A stretch of DNA of 62,273 nt, filler included, from Circinaria calcarea (Eukaryota), in NCBI GenBank assembly GCA_051942165.1. It is 5 parts of 5 records of this genome, joined end to end, with 100 filler letters (N's around TTAATTAATTAA, not from the genome) between each part and the next. Parts side by side here need not be neighbours in the genome. Positions count along the whole stretch, not along the records: positions 37,456 to 49,815 come from JAVECS010000574.1; 4 more parts are not named here. The stretch is one strand, 5' to 3'. The translations under genes were made by a program, and so were the position numbers. This document shows positions 37,456 to 49,915 of this stretch, in pieces (the first letter of the stretch is position 1; each line of letters begins with the position of its first letter). The notes under the pieces were generated by a model that was not told the DNA's origin, searched no databases, and saw only the letters and a list, made by a program, of their open reading frames with translations.

Positions 37456-38926
37456 GATTCGTAGAATGTTTTGTCGGCGCAGGAGCATGAACAGGTTGCT
37501 GGTTTTTTCTCAATAGGGTCTCTCGAGCTGCGCGGACACAGCCCCCGAAAGCAAATCTAATGAGAGAATCTCCTGTCAAGCTACCAATGGCGAAGACATC
37601 TGGGGCGACCTCAAGGTCCTCTTCCACTTTGGCTCTCAACGAGTGACCGGAGATAGATGCTGTAGTATCGTGCTGTGCCGTATCGCCACCAAGAACTTCT
37701 GCTCGTAGACCACAATCGAGGAACTGTAGTGACCCCCGCCTTCCGATTACATATTCTATATTTGATATCTTCCGCTCCAAAATTTGTCCGGTAGAATCTT
37801 CCAAAGTTACGATGCCGACCTTGTCACGGATAGAAACTCCTTTAATGTAGGTGTTGGGCAACCCTTCATATATGTCCTCTGAGCCTGGTGGATCAAAGAA
37901 TGGATTGACTTTTGGATTCCTCAATGGCGAGAGAATGTCTTTGTTTCCCAAAGCCCTGATAGCCGCGAGCTTCATCCGTCGGTATACGCCGGCATACTCG
38001 GGATAGGCTCCGGGATGACAAGCACGAAGAGGAGAAGGACGTTCGTCGGGAGCCCATTTGAAGATATGGATGATTTTCCGTTTGGGTGAATTACCTAGTG
38101 AATTAGATATAATGATGTCTGCTGCAGAAAATCCGGATCCAACAACGAGTAGCGGGACGTTGCTCTCAAATGGACAAGCTGGTAATCGTAGCAAAGGTTG
38201 GAGCTGGGGCCTGGCAGGTATCAGGTGCGAGAATACACCCGAAGCCAGGATGAGTCGTTTGCAATAGAGGTTGTGTGATCCTATCTGAAACCCACCGGGG
38301 ACTCGGGTGACGTCCTCAACTATTTTTGCAGGCCAAATCGCGTTGCTGATACCGACCGCTTCTGGATAAAGGGCAAGGTATTTTGCAACCTCTCTCCGCG
38401 ACGGGCGATAGAAGTCCGTTGGAATCTCCTTGGACGCTACTCTAAAGTGATCTTCAATAGTGTAGCCGGGTAGCGAAAGCATTTCCGCATAGCTCAAGGT
38501 TCCGATATCCCAACTAGCAGCCACGGGGTTATCAGCCCATTGCCCTCCAGCTTCTACTGTATTACCAAGGACGACATGAGAGACGACCTTCTTGGGCTCG
38601 TAACGCCATTTAACGCATGAATTGTAGGCGCCAGGCTCGGTATCTGACAAAGGTCGAATGAGGGTGTCGAGAAGGACATTGATCGGGAGAGCTTGGGTTG
38701 AGTAAGAGAGCCGCGATGCACTGAAATGCGCAGTTAGATTAGGTACGTCCACGTCCAGTAAGCAGGGCGAGTCGGCGAGTTTGGCGTGGAGGATGGGATC
38801 CGGATGAGGATGAGCAGGGTTGTAGTATGGAATATGTCCATGAAGAATGAAGGACAGGATGAGGGCTGAGGGTCCGTTACCGATTATCCCGACCTCGACC
38901 TTGGATGGTAGTGATCCACGAGCCAT
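37456..38926 (-). CDS. OSGIN1/2-like FAD/NAD(P)-dependent oxidoreductase, runs off contig end
   Basis: GIIGNGPSALILS, HPHPDPILH, PINVLLDTLIRP, GGQW..LSLPG, second nucleotide motif VVGSGFSAAD, YPEY, FAIGSLTGDSLIRFAFGG. Confidence 0.8.
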
Positions 38927-39493
38927 TGAGGGACTGTAGGAAGCATGGAGTATCTATTCTGGCGACATCGAAGCCGGCCAGTCAACATAAGAATAGCGGC
39001 CATGGTGAAGTCAATGACATGTATTATTAATATATTAATCGTCCAGAGTCGGCGCCGTTGGAGGGTTAGCAGATATGACGTTTTCGTGCTACTGGATCGA
39101 GCTTATCGATTAGGGTCAGACAACTAAAGCCCCCACGCTCACCTCCTTTTTCTTTTGCCCAAACACCCTCAAGATCTATTTACGGGGCACACTCAGTGAA
39201 GGCGATTACCAATCAATTGATTACCAATTGTAATGGAGCTTTCTGATTGCTCGGTGAAGGGCCACGCTGACTGCCCTGCATAGAATATGCACGAGGGACC
39301 ATCCGTGAATGAAGATGAATGCACGTGCGTGCAGATACAGGGGAGAGACGGACACCTTTGATGAGTGATATGTGGTTAGAACGATGCAGGCAGATAGCGC
39401 AATAAGCTAGAGCGCTCAGACGTGGCTATGTCCATATTAAACCAATGATACTGTTTCGAGTCACGACTTTCCAACCCATGATCCGCGTTCTCG

Positions 39494-40748
39494 TCAATTG
39501 CTGACATTGTCATCGGCGGATGTCTTCTCAGCTGTTTCAACTCTGAACAGCTTTTTCTGCATGCGTGTCAGTGAATGCCGTGCCAGCATCGCGATACCTC
39601 ATTTGGAGCATGTAGAATTCGACTTACCCCCATCAGATTCCGCCCAAGGGCATCTAGCAATCCCGCCGCCTCCGGGCCCATCCAAACATTTCTCGTTCGC
39701 TCTAGGCTCTCTTCCACTTCCCACCTCTTTCCCCCTGCAACTACGACGGCCAGGCCATTGCAGGCTTCCGCTTCATCCCCACATGAAGCATGTTTCCCCG
39801 CCGCCAACTCTACAATTGTCCCCGCAACGTCTTCAGGCTTGTTGACGGGAATGTTGTTCCTTAGAAGCAATTCTTTTACGGGAGCGAGCATGCCCGTGTC
39901 TGTAGCAAAGGGGCAGACCGCGTTGACACGAATTCCGAAAGTTGTTTGGACGTAAGTGGCGAGAGAGCGCATAAGGCCAATAACGGCGTGTTTGGAGGCC
40001 TGTTATATGTACTTAAGCCAACGACAATTGTGGGAAAGGCACCGCTTAAATAACAGGTAACCTTACAGCATAGGTCATGAAATTGCCACCAGGAATAGAA
40101 TGAACAAAATAGCTAGTACTCGAACCCAGTAGTGTAATTGATTTATCATCGGTAGGTTCAGCGTTATGATGTAGGTAGGCAGTGGCAATCCGCGTGAAAT
40201 GGACAACTCCGATGAGATTGACGTCTAGCACTGGACTATTGGCCGGCTGTGGATTTCTATTAGCGCCAGGTCTCTCTGGCTAGGAAATCGACCCTTGGAA
40301 ATGATTCTCCGCACCGCAAACTAAGCCTTAAACGTACCTCCTGAACACTTTCTATTGTCAAGTTCGGATCAAAGATGTTGCCTTGTTCCATCACACCTGC
40401 GTTGCTTATGGCATGGTCCACTCTGCCGAACTCCTTGAAGGCAAGTTGAAATAGCGCTAGGTTATCTCCATATTTGGTAACATCCATGCGGACAAAGTGA
40501 ACACGTTTGCTATCGTACTTTCCAGCGACAATACGGCCGGCCTCGTCATTTATGTCGCCAAAAGCAATGAGCGCACCATGGGCATAAAAGGCTTCGACAG
40601 TTGCAGCACCGATTCCATTGGCTCCACCTGCGCCGAAAGTTAGTGGTAGAGATGGCGTTCTTGAAAGAGGAGAAGGCTTACCGGTGAGGACCACCACCTT
40701 GTCTTGTAAGCTCCGTAACTGTGTCAAATCTGGATCGAATCGTGCCAT
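39494..40748 (-). CDS. Classical short-chain dehydrogenase/reductase (15-hydroxyprostaglandin DH-like)
   Basis: VVVLTG/GANGIG, DHAISNAG, DVNLIG, YA/ASKH (YxxxK split by an intron), IRVNAVCP. Four introns; last exon inferred. Confidence 0.88.
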
Positions 40749-41450
40749 TATAGTGCGATATGCCTAATGTCCGTTCCCGAGATTTCGGGAAATGGCACTA
40801 GTCCGAACAACATAAACTATCCGCAAACTATCCGCAAACGTGGACGAAGAGCTATATCCAATACCGACTTGAAAGTTATGATTTAAGATGTGAGCTGGTG
40901 AGATCCAAAGCAATTATAGGTGGTACCTACCCCTCATGACCCCGCCCATCCTGCGCAAATGGATTTAGAAAACCGAAGAGGTGACTCATCTCTCGTTGCT
41001 AAGGGTAGACAAATCAAAGGCTAGGAACAATACTTCGGCAACCAGATCTGACCTCCGAGATGCACCAACTTCTTACCTTAGTCAGGCCAGTGGCTGGCTT
41101 TTCTTGCGAACAAGTAGCGTGATGCATTACAGCCACTAATCAAGTGTAAAAGTACCGAAAGCACAAGGGGTGAAATGTTATGCGAGTTACGTGAAAGCCG
41201 TGTTAGTCAGGCATGAATAGAGTATGATCGGAGAATTGCCTTATCGAGGACTAAGAGAGGCAAGATACGTAGACGAGACGGGTATACGCTAGACTCGCAC
41301 ATAACACGTATTGAGTACACCAGCAAAAGACAGCAATGAGGAGCGTCAGTCCGGGGGGACTCTACCAGTATAAGTAGATTAATGACTTCTATCATAAGGC
41401 CATGAGTATTACCCTATACTTGACAAAGGTCCCAACGACTCTCTGCAAAA

Positions 41451-42613
41451 CTATAGGTATTTCTCAAAAACCTTTGCAGTCTCCAAGATGCTCTGGTCAT
41501 ACTTAATAAACGTCCTTCCGGCAGCCTTCTTTGCCTTTGAGCTCACAAACGTCATACTGTCCTCTGGCCAGGAGTAATCCGGTGTATACCCGCTCCCAGG
41601 CTCCCCGACTGGTATCAACTTACGATCAGGATACGCCTTCCTAAGAATATCCGCAACCGCCTGATATGTATACCGACCTTCAGCCATGAGGTAACGCTGG
41701 TTGGCTGATTCCGTGGGGTTTTCTGCGCACCATATGTGCATCGCAGAAACATCCCGAACGTCGATGTAGCCTGCGGAGCCGATAGCAGGAGGTAGAGTCT
41801 GAGTCGCACCGGAGAATATATCCCAAATTGGCTTCAATGTCTCGTTGAGTCCAGAGGGGAAGAGTGGTGGCTGTATAGGAGGCCCTACTACTTCTGCAGG
41901 GTTGACTGCTGCCATGGCAAAGGAAGGCTACGGAAGATGGTCAGCCAAGGAGCCTAATGGCGTACCGATCAAGTGTACATTATGATCACCCCGAAATTTC
42001 CAAAAAGCCCTCTCCGCCGCAACTTTTGATGCAGGGTAGAGTATCGAAGGTGGTGCTTTCTCTCCCAACTCCTTACACTTCGGCTCAGCCCAGGTATTCC
42101 AGTCAGCCTCGGTAAAGGCGTATGGCTTCTTGGAAGGATCTGATACCGCCGCGACCGAGGATGTCAAGACAATACTCTTCAGTTGTGGACCTGCGTTCTT
42201 GGTGGCAGACTCAAGAATTCTGACCGTACCATTGACGGCTGGTCCCACAAATTCCTCCAAAGCTTTGAGCTGATAGTTGAGAGGTGAGGCGGTATGTAGG
42301 ATTGAAGTAACGCCTTGTGTAGTTAGTCAATGGCCCGTAAAGAGTGTCGCCCTATTACAAGCCATGATGCTATACCCTTGACTGCTTCGTCAAAAGCTCC
42401 AGGTTTGGTGATATCCGGTACGGCTACCATTTGGACCCGTTCGCTATGCTCCTTGTATGCACCCTTGATGAGAGCATCAGTACTGTGTTGAGATCTTGAT
42501 GTTCCTCTCAAAGTGTATCCCTTTTCGAGTAGATCATAGCCAATCCTCGATGCAATATAGCCATTGATACCAGTGACGAGGACGGTTTTGTTATTGCCCG
42601 GTGCGATAGTCAT
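41451..42613 (-). CDS. Extended SDR, NAD(P)-dependent epimerase/reductase (Gre2/aldehyde reductase-like)
   Basis: VLVTGINGYIA, ILHTASP, PAVNGT, TSSVAAV, YPASKVAAE, YIDVRDV. Two introns. Confidence 0.92.
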
Positions 42614-45284
42614 ATTGTTCAAACATCAAGAGGAACTTGGGAACTGTATGAGAGATCAATGCGGTCTTCGTGGAGCGATTGCACTTTGGCACCCGAGTCC
42701 TAGAATGCTCTTCCAACGTCTGCTGTGGCCTGCAAACGTCGCATAACTTTTCAGTTGCGGTGAGGTAGGTCCAGGCAGTCATCGTCATTTGGTTCACTAA
42801 TCAAAGCGGCCGCTCTCCCTACCTCGATATGACATCCACACGGCATTTCCCGGAAGTAAATCTCTCGAGTATCGCAATCGCGAGGGCCGAATCAAATTGT
42901 AAGTACGTGTGGGATTGGTAGAATGTAGTGTCACGCATCTGATCTAACTTGGGTGATAAATTCCTAACAGTAGGTACGAAGTAGAGTAGGTTACGATCGA
43001 CATATTTTACGGAGGCGAATTTTACCGGGTCTACAATAAGTTATGTAAACGGCGGCTACGCTCCGCCTCGGCCTTGATAAAAGCCTATGGTCATAATTCT
43101 TAGGGTACGATTGATACTGATATTCTTCCTTCGCTGGGATAGAGCAATCCGGTCGATGATGACGTCCAGATGAATACAATGGATAGCCATATCTAGATAA
43201 GTACACAGTAGGGCTGTAGATGTACTAAACAACATGGATGTGGATGTATTCGACCTTTCAACTGGGACGATTGCGGATACAATTGAGATTAATATATCTG
43301 TTGATAGATACGGTTTTCGACGGTCAAAAGATGATGGCGTCTGCTAACAGTATGAAGGCAAGCCGAATAGGGGCTGGGGTAGGATGGGGGACCAGGCAGA
43401 GATATGGAAAGAAGTCACAGCACAAACTTGTGACAAACAACGCTGTTTCATCCCCAATGAGGTGTTTAAGTACTAGTATGATGACTTGAGCGTAGTCAAC
43501 TGCCATCTGCCAAGTTGATTATAGGTTTTCTACCAGACTCAATGGAGAGCTGGTAGAAGGCTAAGAAAAGTGCGAGATGAATGAGAAAACACCCTAACTC
43601 TGTCGTATACCTTCAGATCGTGGGACTCTTACGCTTCGCGCGAGGACCACATTATACTTTTAACGGCATTTTCCTCAATTGTACGGCGAGAGGGCTTTCT
43701 CAATAGCCCCACTCCACAATCAGTCGATCTTCGGATACTCGCGTGTCGTGGGAAGTAGGTATGACAGATGGAGCGCCAGACCCAAAGTTCTTGTGCTTGC
43801 TTAGCTTTTGTGGAACAGGAAGACGCTGCGGTTGACAGAATTCTTGCGTAGTCGTACTTCGAGCTCTGTAGGCGGATATCACACCATGTCGTCTCCCATC
43901 ATGGTGTCACTAATCTTGAGAATCAGGCTTGAAGCACATCATACCTATTAGTTGTATCGCCACTTTGCCAGCAATGATATTTGCTGATCAAGCGTTAGCC
44001 AATGGTGGGGAAGCACCCTTAGAGCACATTTAGGTCTCACCAAACGCCATCTCCGAGCGAGAGGATGCACAATCTTCAGCCATCATTCATGCGTCTCGAG
44101 ACCTTTTGTTGGTTTTCATTGAGAAGCTTGAATCAGGATAGCTTCTTCTTTGTACGGGCCAGGTTATTCTCATAGCCTTCTACAGCGAATGAGCTTGCTA
44201 GGTATCATTCTAAAGATGAAGTCTTCTGCTGTGTTGTCGTATGCATCCTTATTTGTCGTCTATCTTGTCTCGAGTACCATGTCAGATTCTCCGCCGTAAC
44301 TACTCCCTGAAAGCCCCTGTACAACTTCTTTTATGAGACCTGTGCACAGCAGTTACCATTTCCGCAGGTTCCCAGCCCCCCCTCCTCTTCAACAGGAGTA
44401 TCGCGGCCAAGGGATACCGTCATGGAATGATCAATCACAAAAGCTCCGTTCGGTAACCAGTAAAGCTATCCGATTCAATTAGCTTGCTGGATTTCTCGGA
44501 CATTATGATTGTCTGGAGATGTACCCCGCTCCGGGGATATCTATTGGAATCAACGGGAATGTCAATCTAGAATACGGTACCTTGTCGCTCGAGGCTCAAT
44601 GTGCGCCTCCCTTTCAATGTGTTACCGGGGTCAGTACTCCCTATCCCTGACTACCCATATTCATCTCCGAAGTGTGCCTGATCCAGGCTATCTGTCCGGA
44701 ACAACCTATAGGCAGAGGTAGCGATTCCAGGGCGGGATCACAACCGTTGGACTACCGACAGCTTAACCTCCGTTCCTGAAAGGCTTGTTCAAATTATGAA
44801 CCACCTGACTGGGCCGTTGTTCATGAGCCTTATCTTAGGATTTCAAGATGAAGCAACCTTCGGCCCTCACTTTCCTCGTCTCAACCGCCCAGAATACAAT
44901 GCGCCCCGAGCGCGTACATTAGCAGCATGTCGCTCCGTTGTACTACTAGGTATGCTGCACTCGTCCCACCTGGACCTATACGGAAGGACATAGGAATCAG
45001 TGCGCCATGGCTGCCGAGGTACTGGTTGCTTGCTCAGTGGGCATGGGATAGACAAGTAACAGCCGCTCAGTGGTGGTCTGGACTACGGTCTAGACAAAAA
45101 ATGTGTCAAGCTTGTTGAACCGGATTGATCTCCGAACTACATTGATCCTTGATGTGAGCTCATGGGGGAGTGGAATACAAGAATGTCTCATTTCCCCAAC
45201 AGTCCCTAGGTCAGTATACTGAGCACTTCCATCTTGAATAAGCATCTCAAGCAAAAGGAGCTGGTTATCCTGTTTACCGTGATC

Positions 45285-46418
45285 ATGCTCCCCACACATG
45301 TATGTTATCCCATACTCTTTCCCTCTGAACACCCAATAACAGCAATCGCAGTTCGTCGCTGTGAGTACTTTGGCAACTCTTGTCGTCGCTGCCCCTTATC
45401 CACCGGATGCCACGATTTCGGTCCCGGAACCAACCGGAACTCCCTTCTTCGGCAACAGGCACGGGAACTTTCAGCTCAGCAACATCACCCCAGGCAAAGG
45501 TCCGCAGCCTCAAGCCACTGGGGGCCAGGTCACTAATGGTAACGTTGCTGTAACATCCATCTACAACAGCGACGGGATTGGCCCGGGTTCCGACGTGTAC
45601 AGCTCCGAATCTAACCTCGTTCTTGAGCTTAAGCACTAACGTAATCCATAGCTACCAGCAGTATAATGGGGCCGGAACGACAGGCGCTGGATGGCCCGCA
45701 AAGTCCCGATGGGTTTCCTTTGCCGACATGTGTGTATCATGTACTGGTCCTCTTATCGATGTTCATATTTTAAACGCCAGCACAGGTTCAATAATAACAA
45801 AGCGATCATGTTCCATTCTTGTGAGCAATATCACGTCGCCGATGATTCCGGACCAGAGGTTGGCGCTATATTTGACGCTGTCCAGTCAGTTGCAACAGCG
45901 ACGAGGATTGACCACCGCTTTATTCTCGCCGTTATGATTCAGGAATCAGGTGGTTGCGTCCGGGTTCCCACTTCCAATTACGGGGTCCGTAACCCTGGCA
46001 TGATGCAAGATCACAATGGCGACGGAACCTGCAATGACAGTGATGGGTCCACTCAGGGCGGTGCCCAACCCTATCAGATCCAGAATCCGTGTCCGACAAA
46101 TGTCATCACTCAAATGATCCGTAAGCGTTTTCATGTCCACTTTCTCCAAGTTTTTCCTTTGACAGTGTGCTAATGGACCCCATAGGCGAAGGAGCCGCTG
46201 GAACGGCCAGCGGCGATGGCCTAGCTCAATGCATTAACCAGAGCGGTTCATCGGACGTTAGTGCCTTCTACAGAGCAGCCAGGATGTATAACTCTGGTAG
46301 CATAGATCCCTCAGGCGACCTCGGAAAGGGTTACGCGACGCACTGCTATGCTTCCGATATAGCAAACCGATTGACAGGATGGGTGCAGTCTCCTCACAAC
46401 TGTAGACTTGATGGCTAA
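45285..46418 (+). CDS. Secreted lysozyme-like / SLT-domain (GH23-type) protein
   Basis: Signal-peptide-like start after a micro-exon, IDHRFILAVMIQESGGCVRVPT (catalytic Glu motif), NPGMMQDHNG, AARMYNSG, HCYASDIANRLTGW. Four introns inferred. Confidence 0.82.
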
Positions 46419-46881
46419 CCAACGTCTGGGAGACTGTAAAAACCGAAACGAGTGCGAAATAAGGGAAAGTTTGTATGGTGGAAAACGTGGGTAACGACTA
46501 CGTATTCGCGGTTCTCACAGCAGCGAAAACTCAGCACCCAGTGTGTATTACCGTTCGTTGATGGACGGTTTCGATGCTGCTGCAAGGACTGTTCTCTGGT
46601 TTCAGGACGGGTGCCTGGTTACCAGATTGTTAATTCAGGTATAGGATATCGATAGTCAGGAATAGAGGTTATACGTATCCCTAGCTATAAATTGTACGGC
46701 TCAGATAGAATATCTAACTTCAATAGTCGTTGTCATCCTGACGCTGCTACCGAACACAGTGTATTGTAGAAACTGTATTGATGGGCCATATCACACGGTT
46801 CCCGATAGCATTGTGCTTTCTAGCGATTTATACAACGAACGAATAAGGGTTTTAATAACGCCCTTATTCGGAGGATAGAGA

Positions 46882-48509
46882 TTACTCGTCACCCTCCGCT
46901 TCATCTTCGCCATCACTACCAGAGCTTGAAGCGTCGTCATCGTCAGGTATAACGACACTATTCAAGTACGTGATCTGTATGCACTTAGCAGAATCTCTAG
47001 GACGTAAAATGAAGGGACATACAAAAGGGGTCATGACACCGATTAAATCAGCAATTCGCTGAAGCCCTTTTGAACCAAGGACTTCGTCGTCCTTTAACTT
47101 ACGGCCAATAGTGTAGTTACGCAAACGAAGAAGATCGATGTTCGCATTGTCTGCCTCGAAGCCCTATGAGACAGGTTCAGTATGTTTCTTGATTGATGTG
47201 GTAGTCTAAGAAGTGCCCTTACCTTTGGCTTGGTTTTGAGCATGTTCTCCGAGTTCTGGCTAATAAATGCTTTTACAGCTTTCTTCTCGTCATTAGGAAT
47301 CCCTTTGAAGCATTCTCTACGGATTGCCGGGTCCATTAGGACCTTCTTAAGCTTGTGCGACTTCAGGTTGACATCTCGACGTAGAAGGGCTAAAGGCTGT
47401 GCCTCGGGATGCCAGATCCCACCACCGACAAAACTACCACCAGGCTGGATTTGAAGATAGTAATGCGCGTAAGGGCCTTTTCTCCCTGTACGTGACCTGT
47501 ATGGCATAAGCATCACAGTGCTTATGGAAAACGAGGGTATTTACCAAGCTGCGGAGAAGTATATCTGAAAGGAGGGTAAAGTCGTTAGCAAATTGCTATG
47601 GACATCTGAAGCAAGCCGGCTTGGATGAAACTGAGCAAACTACCTTATATGGTGTAGGATCTGGGCTAAAGCGGATATCTCTATATATGCGGAATGTCTA
47701 AATTGGCATGATTAGTAGATTTGTTCTGATGGGTAAACAGAAGCTCAGACACTGACAAGATCCTTGGGTGGAAGTTCAGGTATTGTTTCATCCCTTTCGA
47801 TGATCTTCTCGGTCAAGCGCTCGATAAAACTATCAAAGTCCTTCTTTGATTGTCGATAATCCGCGTCATGTACTACCAGAAATATTTCAATTAGCAAGCT
47901 GATCTTTCAATTGTAGTACATTATTAAACTTGGTTTACCCTTCAACCATTCTCTATCATTGTTCTCTTTCAAGTCACTTAGAAAAAGTAGCGTATTCGGA
48001 TGGATGGTGTCGTCTTCGTAAGGGGTCTTGCCCGCCTGACGTGCCTTTGGTAGCTTGATAAACAGTTGTTCACCAGGTGCTAGTCCAGTCTTCACTCCAG
48101 GTCTCCAAAGCTCCTGTCCTTTCGCCGCCTTTCCAACCGTCACAGCCACGCCATTCGTACCCTTCTTCGCCGGCCTACCTCTTCGGGGTCGTTCATCCGC
48201 AGATGTATATTCTTCTTCCACTTCGTTTGATTCTTCGTCCGATTCCGGCGGTGAGGACATGACACTTGCGGAAGCGTCTTCATCCTCATAGCCCGATTCT
48301 TCATTGATGATTTCGGACTCTGCCTCGGAACCGTCTTGACCGTGCTCGAAGTATTGACTCTTCTTCGGCGTGGTCTGGGATGCTTTGGGCGTTTCTGATG
48401 TCGTCTTGACCCGTTTAGACTGGCGTAACGGGGTCATTGCTGATGATGAAGTTCGTTTGGCTGGCGAACTGCTGGAAGAAGCAAATTGCTGACGAGGTCT
48501 GCGGCCCAT
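46882..48509 (-). CDS. DUF2461-like conserved protein with a long acidic/basic N-terminal extension
   Basis: FLSDLKENNDREWLK, FRIYRDIRFSPDPTPYK, GRKGPYAHYYLQIQPG..GGGIWHPE, LKTKPK/GFEAD. Many short introns. Confidence 0.85.
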
Positions 48510-48814
48510 AGTAATGTCTTTAGATTTACAGTTATGTTTTTTTCCTCCTTTGTTGTCAGCTAATATCGTGGACTCAGATAAATCTTCAGATATCCAATGG
48601 TATCTAACATTTCAAACATCATGCAGGTAGAATACGCGCGATGGCCTCGCGATTCGCGAATCGTAAACCTTCCTACTTTAGGACTAATTACTTGATATTC
48701 ACCGATTCATCAATTCCGAGTATCCTACTCTTAAAATTTTATTTTTGTAAATGCTAGAACCATAAAAGTATCAGTCGGTAACAAAACTCTACTATTGTGT
48801 GTTGATCTAGCGCT
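48510..48814. promoter_or_regulatory. Compact bidirectional promoter (DUF2461-like / TYW3)
   Basis: 305 bp between two divergent ATGs; AT-rich with a central CG cluster and palindrome CGATTCGCGAATCG (48650-48663). Confidence 0.6.
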
Positions 48815-49815
48815 ATGGACGCCGCATCTGCCGCCTTCGACAAAAGCAAGGAGAAGATCCTGTCAGCTCTAGCAACCCCAGATGCGGATTACACTGATTT
48901 ATCGCCCAAAGGCTCCGTTGACGAAGGCATCAGAGATTTGATAAACGATATCAATCGCATGCCGGGGATTGTTACGACTAGTAGCTGTGCAGGGCGACTA
49001 AGTGTATTTCTGGAAGGATCAAAATGGGATAAAGATAGTATCACGGATAAGGAAGTTGAAGGGCCAACCTCACAAGCTGCTGTACCAGGTGGAAAGGGGC
49101 TAGGGGGCCGATGGCTTTTTGTCTCCCATGAACCTGTCACCCATCATCTCGATCCAGAACGTGAATCCCTCCTTAAGCTGTTTGGGATGCTAGGCCAAGT
49201 GAGCGAGATGGCGAGTCTGGATCTAAGGAAGACGCGGTTCGTTAAGTTACAGTTCGAGCCGATGGTGTGTCATCTGAATACAAGGACAATAAATTGATTT
49301 GCTACTGAGTTACGTGAATAGATTCTCCATATCATGGCAGCCTCACTGCGGCATGCTCAGCCAATACTCTCGGCGGCCATTAATGCTGGTTTCAGAGAAA
49401 GTGGTGTTCAAAGTCTCAAGAACTTGGATGATTTGTCTTCTTTCCCTATGGTCGCGGTCAGGTCTTCCGGCCTAGCACTTGCGTCTCTCGTGGGCTTTAT
49501 CAACGAAGACAGTGGGGCTGTTCAAAGCATAGTAGATGAAGGTTATTTAAAGATACTCCTTAACATAGCAAACGAACGATTTGGAGCCAACGCTGAGAGA
49601 ATTCAGCGCTTCAGGACAAATCTGCTCCAGCGGAGCAAGATGAAAAAGACGCCGTGGGAAACGAAGAACGTGAGGAGAGAGAGAAAGAAGGCTCAAGGGC
49701 TAGACCGCCAGGCCAAGCTCCATGAAGAAAGAATTAGAGACAACACTAATCTCATGGATTGCTGCGAGAATAATATAAATGACAGTTGCTTTAGTGGGCT
49801 TAATCTCAGTCCCTA
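48815..49815 (+). CDS. TYW3: tRNA wybutosine-synthesizing protein 3, stop codon not reached
   Basis: YTDLSPKGSVD, VTTSSCAGRLSVF, GGRWLFVSH, FEPM/ILHIMA, AGFRESG, PMVAVRSSGL. Intron ~49265-49322. Confidence 0.95.
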
Positions 49816-49915
49816 NNNNNNNNNNNNNNNNNNNNNNNNNNNNNNNNNNNNNNNNNNNNTTAATTAATTAANNNNNNNNNNNNNNNNNNNNNNNNNNNNN
49901 NNNNNNNNNNNNNNN
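49816..49915. other. Artificial contig-joining spacer
   Basis: N44-TTAATTAATTAA-N44. Confidence 0.98.

Noticed and set aside
36256..38926. LanC-like gene converging on a flavoprotein, suggestive of a lanthipeptide/RiPP cluster
   Set aside because: The two genes are separated by an artificial spacer; no dehydratase or precursor peptide seen.
42614..45284. Numerous 60-100-codon ORFs in the long intergenic region
   Set aside because: No motifs, no consistent splice structure, many non-ATG starts.
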